From a virus: 64,000 nt of DNA. Where the stretch lies: positions 1-64,000 of the IMG/VR virus record IMGVR_UViG_3300027816_000081; one strand, given 5' to 3'. The position numbers were made by a program, and so were the translations under genes. Within the stretch, counting starts at the first letter, position 1. Every line of letters starts with the position of its first letter. Below, one piece after another: positions 58,447 to 64,000 of this stretch. Below the pieces are notes generated by a model. It did not search any database. It was not told the origin of the DNA and was given only the letters and a program-made list of their open reading frames with translations.

Positions 58447-58805
58447 TATCCAAAAATCTTCCGCTGTTCGGAATCATCGCCGTGGGTGAAATCGTAGTCA
58501 TTCAACAGGCGGAGCTTCTGCCTCTGCAGGTCGTTGATTTCTTCGGCCTGCTTTAAAACCTCACCCATCCGCTCAACGAGACTCTTAAGATCGTGAAGGC
58601 TTGCAGGAAGATCAATCTCGGTTGCACCTTCTGCGTGGGTGCGAGTGCGAAGATAACCCTTATACTTGGTTTCCGGTTCAAATAGTCGGTTTACTTCGTC
58701 CTTAAAGAAGGGGAGGTAGCGTGTGATATACTCAGCCTTTTCATCAATCATATGATTGAGAACCTTGAACGCAGACGATTCTATGATTTCTTGTTCGGTC
58801 ATCAA
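58446..58805 (-). CDS. Hypothetical protein
   Basis: SD AGGAG and promoter upstream. Confidence 0.6.
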   Translation of the reverse strand: MMTEQEIIESSAFKVLNHMIDEKAEYITRYLPFFKDEVNRLFEPETKYKGYLRTRTHAEGATEIDLPASLHDLKSLVERMGEVLKQAEEINDLQRQKLRLLNDYDFTHGDDSEQRKIFG

Positions 58806-58826
58806 TTGTCTCCTTGCTATAATCTT

Positions 58827-58855
58827 GTTATAGCATTTTGGGTAACCGTTGTCAA
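58827..58855 (-). promoter_or_regulatory. sigma70-type early promoter
   Basis: TTGACA-17-TATAAC. Confidence 0.75.
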
Positions 58856-58859
58856 CCGA

Positions 58860-59297
58860 TTAATGAACTATTTTTCTTGCTGAATTCTTTTGGTTGGAAA
58901 AATCGTTGTTCATTACTGACTTTTTACCATGGCAGAGTTTACAAATGGTGTCTACGTTCTCCGGAACATTATTGAAATGGTCTCCGTCAAGATGCTCTAA
59001 ATCCAATGCATTGAGCATGTCTAGATTTTTCCACGACTTTGATGGTACGGGGCATTTCCAACCCAGCCGGCCATCTGCGTTTTCACAGTATTCTTTTTTG
59101 TGAATCGTAATGCCCGCCATCGCCGGGCCAAAAAACCCAGTCGTTCTAGCTTTATAGCAAGTTCCGCATTCTGATTTGATAGACCAATTTTTCCAATCTC
59201 TAACCATCACCGGCCGAATGCATCCAGGATTGATACAAGTGGGCAGAGAATAACCTTCGCTAAAGAATTTTTCCTTCATTTGCGGGCCTAGTTTCAT
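58860..59297 (-). CDS. HNH endonuclease (possible homing endonuclease)
   Basis: LDLEHLDGDHFNNVPENVDTICKLCHGKK plus CxxC. Confidence 0.8.
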   Translation of the reverse strand: MKLGPQMKEKFFSEGYSLPTCINPGCIRPVMVRDWKNWSIKSECGTCYKARTTGFFGPAMAGITIHKKEYCENADGRLGWKCPVPSKSWKNLDMLNALDLEHLDGDHFNNVPENVDTICKLCHGKKSVMNNDFSNQKNSARKIVH

Positions 59298-59384
59298 ATA
59301 CTAACCTTTCATTTCTGTGGTTGCAATTACGCTTGTATCATTATTGCGAACCCGTGTCAACCGTTTTTTACGATAAATAACTAT

Positions 59385-61103
59385 ATGCCAAAGTTATCAT
59401 TATACCGTCCGAATAAGCAAGACGATTATCGTTTTCTAGACAGAACTATCTCCGAGCAATTGACTGTCGGAGGTACCGATCTGTATATTCACAAGTATTT
59501 AGGGCCGCAGACAGGAAACACTTCTACAGACTTCACGCAGCCCAATTATGATGCTTTGGATCCACTAAACATCCAAGACTTGCTGTTCTTAGAGAACCGC
59601 GATAGAGTATATGACAAGAACATCTATCGCTTACGCGGTCACTACAATGTTCAGAATCTAGACTTTGACTTAAGCCAATTTGGTTTGTTCCTGAATAATG
59701 ATATAATCTTTATCACTGTCCACTACAATGATATGATAGACATTGTAGGTAGAAAACTTATGGTCGGTGACGTACTGGAACTACCGCACTTGCTAGACTA
59801 TAATCCTCTTAATGAGACTATTCCTGTTGCATTGAAGCGATTCTATCAAATCACCGATGCAAACTATGCGAGTGAAGGCTTTACGCAAACTTGGTATCCT
59901 CATCTATGGCGTATCAAATGCGAACCTCTTGTCAACAGCCAAGAGTTTAGTGACATTCTTAAAGAACCAATCAATCAAGACAACTATCTTGGCAATTGGG
60001 ATAAGGATAAAACATATCCGCCGGGCTACACAATTAACTTTGGTGATAAGCTCTATGAATCTATCATTGAGGTCCCGGCGGGTGTCACACCACCTAATCC
60101 AACATATTGGAAAGAGATTGAGAACGGCAACCTTGCTGATATTCTGTCAACCTATAACAAGAATATAGCAATCAATAATGCACAGCTTGAAGAAGCCAAG
60201 CGAATCGTTCCTAAAGCAGGTTATGATACGAGTAAGCTATATGTAGTACCTACATATGGAAGATACGAGTCTAACAATGTATTGTCAGATAAGACCAACC
60301 AGCCTGCCCCGCCTGTTGATGTTATCACTTCAAGCAATACCGGAACTGCAATTCCAGTAGAAGGAACTGTGGTGTTTATGCGTAGTCAAAAATATAAGAA
60401 TCCTAGTGTTGGTATAAAGATTAAAAAAGAAGTATTAACTAGCATTTGGGATATGACTGCTGACATGGATATAGAGGACAAGCTAGACAAGTTTGTTCAA
60501 GCTAGCTTGAATATGGTAGAAGAAGCTCCTGTTCGCACCGAAAGCGGATCCGGATCAGTAGAAACTACTAAGTCATTAGCAGTGCAATCATTAGGAATTA
60601 TTACTGGTCCATATGGTACTGCTGATAACACTTACTCAACGGCTGACCAAGACCCGACGCAGCCTGGCTTTACAGGTGATATCACTCAGCAGATGGATTA
60701 TCGTGCAGACTGCGATCCTAGATTCCAATATATCACTAGGTCAAGTCCTAGAACGTTCGGTTATAGTGCAGGATACATGACCGGTGACGGTACTGCACCA
60801 AATGGATTCCCCGTCGGAGCTGGAATAAGTTTCCCACAGAATCCACAAGTGGGTGACTATTTCTTACGCATTGACTATATGCCGCAGTTATTATATCGTT
60901 GGGACGGTAAATTATGGATTCGTATAAGTGAAAATGTAAGAACTGATACTGGATTTACTGCGGAAGACACTTCATTGTTGTCAGGCTTTATTAACAACCA
61001 GGGCGAAATCTATCTAAATAATGCGGGAGAAGTTGTACCCGAAGCACAACCACTGTCGTCTGTGTTGCGGCCTGCTCTTGACCCAATACCCCCGGAAGTA
61101 TAA
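59385..61103 (+). CDS. Neck/head-closure protein (gp14-like) with insertions
   Basis: DLLFLENRDR, DLSQFGLFL, GDVLELPHL; precedes gp15-like gene. Confidence 0.7.
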   Translation: MPKLSLYRPNKQDDYRFLDRTISEQLTVGGTDLYIHKYLGPQTGNTSTDFTQPNYDALDPLNIQDLLFLENRDRVYDKNIYRLRGHYNVQNLDFDLSQFGLFLNNDIIFITVHYNDMIDIVGRKLMVGDVLELPHLLDYNPLNETIPVALKRFYQITDANYASEGFTQTWYPHLWRIKCEPLVNSQEFSDILKEPINQDNYLGNWDKDKTYPPGYTINFGDKLYESIIEVPAGVTPPNPTYWKEIENGNLADILSTYNKNIAINNAQLEEAKRIVPKAGYDTSKLYVVPTYGRYESNNVLSDKTNQPAPPVDVITSSNTGTAIPVEGTVVFMRSQKYKNPSVGIKIKKEVLTSIWDMTADMDIEDKLDKFVQASLNMVEEAPVRTESGSGSVETTKSLAVQSLGIITGPYGTADNTYSTADQDPTQPGFTGDITQQMDYRADCDPRFQYITRSSPRTFGYSAGYMTGDGTAPNGFPVGAGISFPQNPQVGDYFLRIDYMPQLLYRWDGKLWIRISENVRTDTGFTAEDTSLLSGFINNQGEIYLNNAGEVVPEAQPLSSVLRPALDPIPPEV

Positions 61104-61106
61104 TAG

Positions 61107-62483
61107 ATGGCACAGTATTTTTACGACAATCAGATAAGAAGGTTCTTAATTCAGTTTGCTAAAATCTTTAGTAACTGGTATGTTACTAAGGGCAAGGATC
61201 CAAACGGAAATGATATTCTTGTTCGTGTGCCAATTATGTATGGAGATAGCTCTAGACAAGCATCAACGATTATTGCTAATAACTCGGCAAGCAATTTACC
61301 AAGTGCTCCGTTGATTACATATTATATCAGCGGACTAGAGTATAATCAAAAGTGGACGCAAGAGCCTACGTTTGTTGATAAAGTAAATGTTAGACAACGA
61401 GCATATAATCCCGAAACTCAGAGTTATGAAACTACGCAAGGTCAAGCATTTACAGTTGAAAGATTGATGCCAGTTCCATATACGTTGCGTATTACTGTTG
61501 ATTTTTGGACTACAAATTATCAACAGAAGTTAGAAATTATTGAACAGTTGGGAACATTATTCAACCCAGCATTAGAACTTCAAAGTACTGATAACTTTGT
61601 TGACTGGACTTCTCTGAGTGCAGTATTCCAAGACGGATTAACTTTTACTAGTAGACAAATCCCACAAGGCACTGGAAATCCAATAGACATACTAACTTGG
61701 AAGTTCTACATGCCCATATGGCTAACTACTGCCAGTAAGCTCAAGAAGATGGGAGTCATCCACAAAGTCATTGCTAGTATTTTCAAAGGATCTGCGCTGG
61801 ACGATATTCAAGATGAAGATTTATTATTGGGTACTAGACAAAAGATTAGTCCATATGGATACAAAGTATTGCTGTTAGGCAATCAATTACAATTATTGCC
61901 TCAAGCCACTGCATTTTACCCGCCTAATAGTTCATTAGAGCAACCGGTAAATCCAAATACAGATTTATATTGGACAAGTTTGTTAAACGTCTATGGGGCA
62001 ATTAAACCCGGTATTAGTCAAATATGGTTACAAAATCCATATATGGAAGATGATATTGTAGGCACAATTGTTCCTAATCCAGTTGATGATAGATTCTTAA
62101 TCTATAATATTGACCCAGATACTCTACCGCAAAATACGCTTGATCCAATCAATGCTATTATTAATCCCCAGTTGACCGGTCCTAATGCTGGATTGCCGGG
62201 GCCGTGGCCAAATGTTAGATATTTAATAGTTGAAGATATTGGGTTTGAGGGCGACGAAACTACTGCGTGGGGCAATTTAGTTGCTCAAGCCAATGATATT
62301 ATTGAATACAATTCAACTAGCGGAGAGTGGGAAGTAGTGTTTTCCGCAGAAGAAGCCACTACAGTAGAGTTTGTGACTAATCTAACTACAAGCATACAAT
62401 ATAGATATGTACCGCAAGAAGGCATGTGGGTCAAATCGTATGAAGGCTGGTACAATGAAGGCGACTATAGTATTGTAATTTAA
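61107..62483 (+). CDS. Tail sheath stabiliser/terminator (gp15-like)
   Basis: YFYDNQIRRF, VPIMYG, PVPYTL, QKLEIIEQL..LFNP. Confidence 0.8.
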   Translation: MAQYFYDNQIRRFLIQFAKIFSNWYVTKGKDPNGNDILVRVPIMYGDSSRQASTIIANNSASNLPSAPLITYYISGLEYNQKWTQEPTFVDKVNVRQRAYNPETQSYETTQGQAFTVERLMPVPYTLRITVDFWTTNYQQKLEIIEQLGTLFNPALELQSTDNFVDWTSLSAVFQDGLTFTSRQIPQGTGNPIDILTWKFYMPIWLTTASKLKKMGVIHKVIASIFKGSALDDIQDEDLLLGTRQKISPYGYKVLLLGNQLQLLPQATAFYPPNSSLEQPVNPNTDLYWTSLLNVYGAIKPGISQIWLQNPYMEDDIVGTIVPNPVDDRFLIYNIDPDTLPQNTLDPINAIINPQLTGPNAGLPGPWPNVRYLIVEDIGFEGDETTAWGNLVAQANDIIEYNSTSGEWEVVFSAEEATTVEFVTNLTTSIQYRYVPQEGMWVKSYEGWYNEGDYSIVI

Positions 62484-62484
62484 T

Positions 62485-62886
62485 ATGACAAAACAAGCAG
62501 CCGGCGTATTCTTCTACAGTCAATCAACTAACAGCTTTTTATATTTACTACGTACCGACAAGCAGAACCCTACATGGAGCATTCCTGGAGGAGGTATTGA
62601 AGTTGATGAGACATTAGCAGATGGTGTCAAACGAGAATGTATGGAAGAAATGGGTTTTATTGATCCTGGAATGAAACTAATTCCTATACAAAAGTTCACA
62701 AATGGTAGCTTCACATATCATACGTTCTTCTGTCAGGTAGAAAATGAATTCATTCCTATACTGAATAACGAACACTGCGGGTATGCTTGGGTGCGCTCAG
62801 GGCAATATCCAAAGCCATTACACCCCGGATTGTTTTCTACAGTGAATATTGATATTGTAATTGAAAAGTTGAATAGTCTTACTTGA
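62485..62886 (+). CDS. Nudix hydrolase
   Basis: Nudix box GGGIEVDETLADGVKRECMEEMG. Confidence 0.88.
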   Translation: MTKQAAGVFFYSQSTNSFLYLLRTDKQNPTWSIPGGGIEVDETLADGVKRECMEEMGFIDPGMKLIPIQKFTNGSFTYHTFFCQVENEFIPILNNEHCGYAWVRSGQYPKPLHPGLFSTVNIDIVIEKLNSLT

Positions 62887-63237
62887 TTACATACCAAGCA
62901 TTTTGGATATAACAGGCCAGCCCAATGCGCCTGCTAAAATGCCTGCACCCATCATCATCCAGCGCCACTTTTCTAGAGCAGTTACTTTCTTTTCAAGTTC
63001 ACCGTGCTGAGTTTTGTTTTCTTCTTGTAAAGTGGTGAGTGTTTCTTCAAAATGAGTTTTAGCATTTTCAATGGCGGTGTTAATGTTTGCCATATGAGTG
63101 TCAATGTGATCGCGGAAGTCCTTCAGGTCAGCTTTTAAATCATCTACTTTTTCGTTTAAATGAGTATACTGAACCTGAAGGACCGCAATTTCGGTCTCAG
63201 TCTGCTTAAGTTTTTGAACCGTACTAGTCTGAGCCAT
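62887..63237 (-). CDS. Coiled-coil protein with C-terminal TM
   Basis: IAVLQVQ..LEKWRWMMMGAGILAG. Confidence 0.6.
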   Translation of the reverse strand: MAQTSTVQKLKQTETEIAVLQVQYTHLNEKVDDLKADLKDFRDHIDTHMANINTAIENAKTHFEETLTTLQEENKTQHGELEKKVTALEKWRWMMMGAGILAGALGWPVISKMLGM

Positions 63238-63247
63238 CGTTTATTCC

Positions 63248-64000
63248 TTATGCGTTGCCAATTTGTACAATTGGGTAAGGCTGTGCATTTGCTACGTTTG
63301 CAGCAGCGGCAGCATTGAAGGTTGAGAATGCCGGGTTAGCATTCTGCAATACAATGTTACCTGTTGCAACTGGACCTGAGGTTGCAGTGAACAATTCAGC
63401 AGTGTGATCGCTCAAGCTCTGAACCTTAACAGTTGCACTGTTAGCATAAGTTGCAGTGATTGTCATTGTGTTTGGAGTCAATGCAGCATTAGCAACGTTA
63501 GCAGTGAAGCAAGCACCGGTTAGACCAGTGGTTGTTCCTGTAACGAGATACTTTTGCTTGCCCTTTTGACGAACAATGTAACCTGCTTCCGGGGTTGCAT
63601 AGATATATGCTGCTCCAGAAAGATTTGCACTTGCATCATTTACGAGAAGTGTAGTATCCTGAAGTGCATATGATTCTGCATCTTCGTTAGACAATCCAAC
63701 ATTTGCTCCGCCTGGTGCCAATGACACGGTGAATGCAGATGCGTTAGGAATTGCCTTAACAAAGTAAGTAGTTCCGGCACTTAAGCCACCGATATCAGCA
63801 GTTAGCACGACTGGAAGATTTGCAGTCAATGTCTGTGCGTTTCCTACAGTAGTCAAGAAGTTGCCAGTTGCGGTTGCATTTGAAATTTCAATGTTTGCAA
63901 GACCGGTTGCAGTGTCAACATAACCTAGGGTTACTGGTTGACCGTTAGCAGCAACATACTGAATTACTGAACCTGCTGCAACGTTGCCTAAGTCAGTACC
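63248..64000 (-). CDS. Structural protein, 5' end outside window
   Basis: Frame stays open to the window edge; GYIVRQKGKQKYLV, TTYFVKAI. Confidence 0.65.
   Translation of the reverse strand, partial: GTDLGNVAAGSVIQYVAANGQPVTLGYVDTATGLANIEISNATATGNFLTTVGNAQTLTANLPVVLTADIGGLSAGTTYFVKAIPNASAFTVSLAPGGANVGLSNEDAESYALQDTTLLVNDASANLSGAAYIYATPEAGYIVRQKGKQKYLVTGTTTGLTGACFTANVANAALTPNTMTITATYANSATVKVQSLSDHTAELFTATSGPVATGNIVLQNANPAFSTFNAAAAANVANAQPYPIVQIGNA

Noticed and set aside
1-64000. Stop-codon reassignment as in some jumbo phages
   Set aside because: Known genes are full length and densely packed in the standard code
1-64000. tRNA or rRNA genes
   Set aside because: Intergenic gaps are short and no cloverleaf was recognised by eye; tRNAscan-SE was not run

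Overview
A 64 kb segment of a large T4-like (contractile-tailed, probably jumbo) dsDNA phage genome in the standard genetic code, mostly on the minus strand. The host is Gram-negative, possibly alphaproteobacterial (inferred from an outer-membrane beta-barrel gene). Contents: (1) replication genes (sliding clamp, family-B polymerase, DsbA-like protein, clamp loader, a small DnaE fragment, dNMP kinase); (2) a tightly overlapping operon at 4.5-10.7 kb of two paralogous membrane peptides, CsgF, CsgG, a curlin-repeat protein, a FecR-domain protein and a CHASE2 class III adenylate cyclase, followed by an outer-membrane barrel; (3) a late island at 10.8-21.8 kb (plus 3.7 and 44-47 kb) of proteins with T4-like capsid-targeting N-termini and internal hydrophobic-x-Glu junctions, carrying amidoligase, ADP-ribosyltransferase, methyltransferase, ParB-like, Zn-peptidase and nucleotidyltransferase modules; (4) chaperones ClpA, DnaJ and GroES, plus PhoH and Dps; (5) tail, neck and baseplate genes, a 2172-aa repetitive fibre and a GH19 endolysin; (6) an early island with MazG, an HNH nuclease and an ACP whose phosphopantetheine Ser is replaced by Asp. 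Regulatory signals read by eye: an ATAAATA late promoter, sigma70 promoters, many apparently leaderless genes, and hairpins that hide ribosome-binding sites. No tRNA, rRNA or CRISPR array was recognised. All assignments come from motif recognition by eye; no database search was run.
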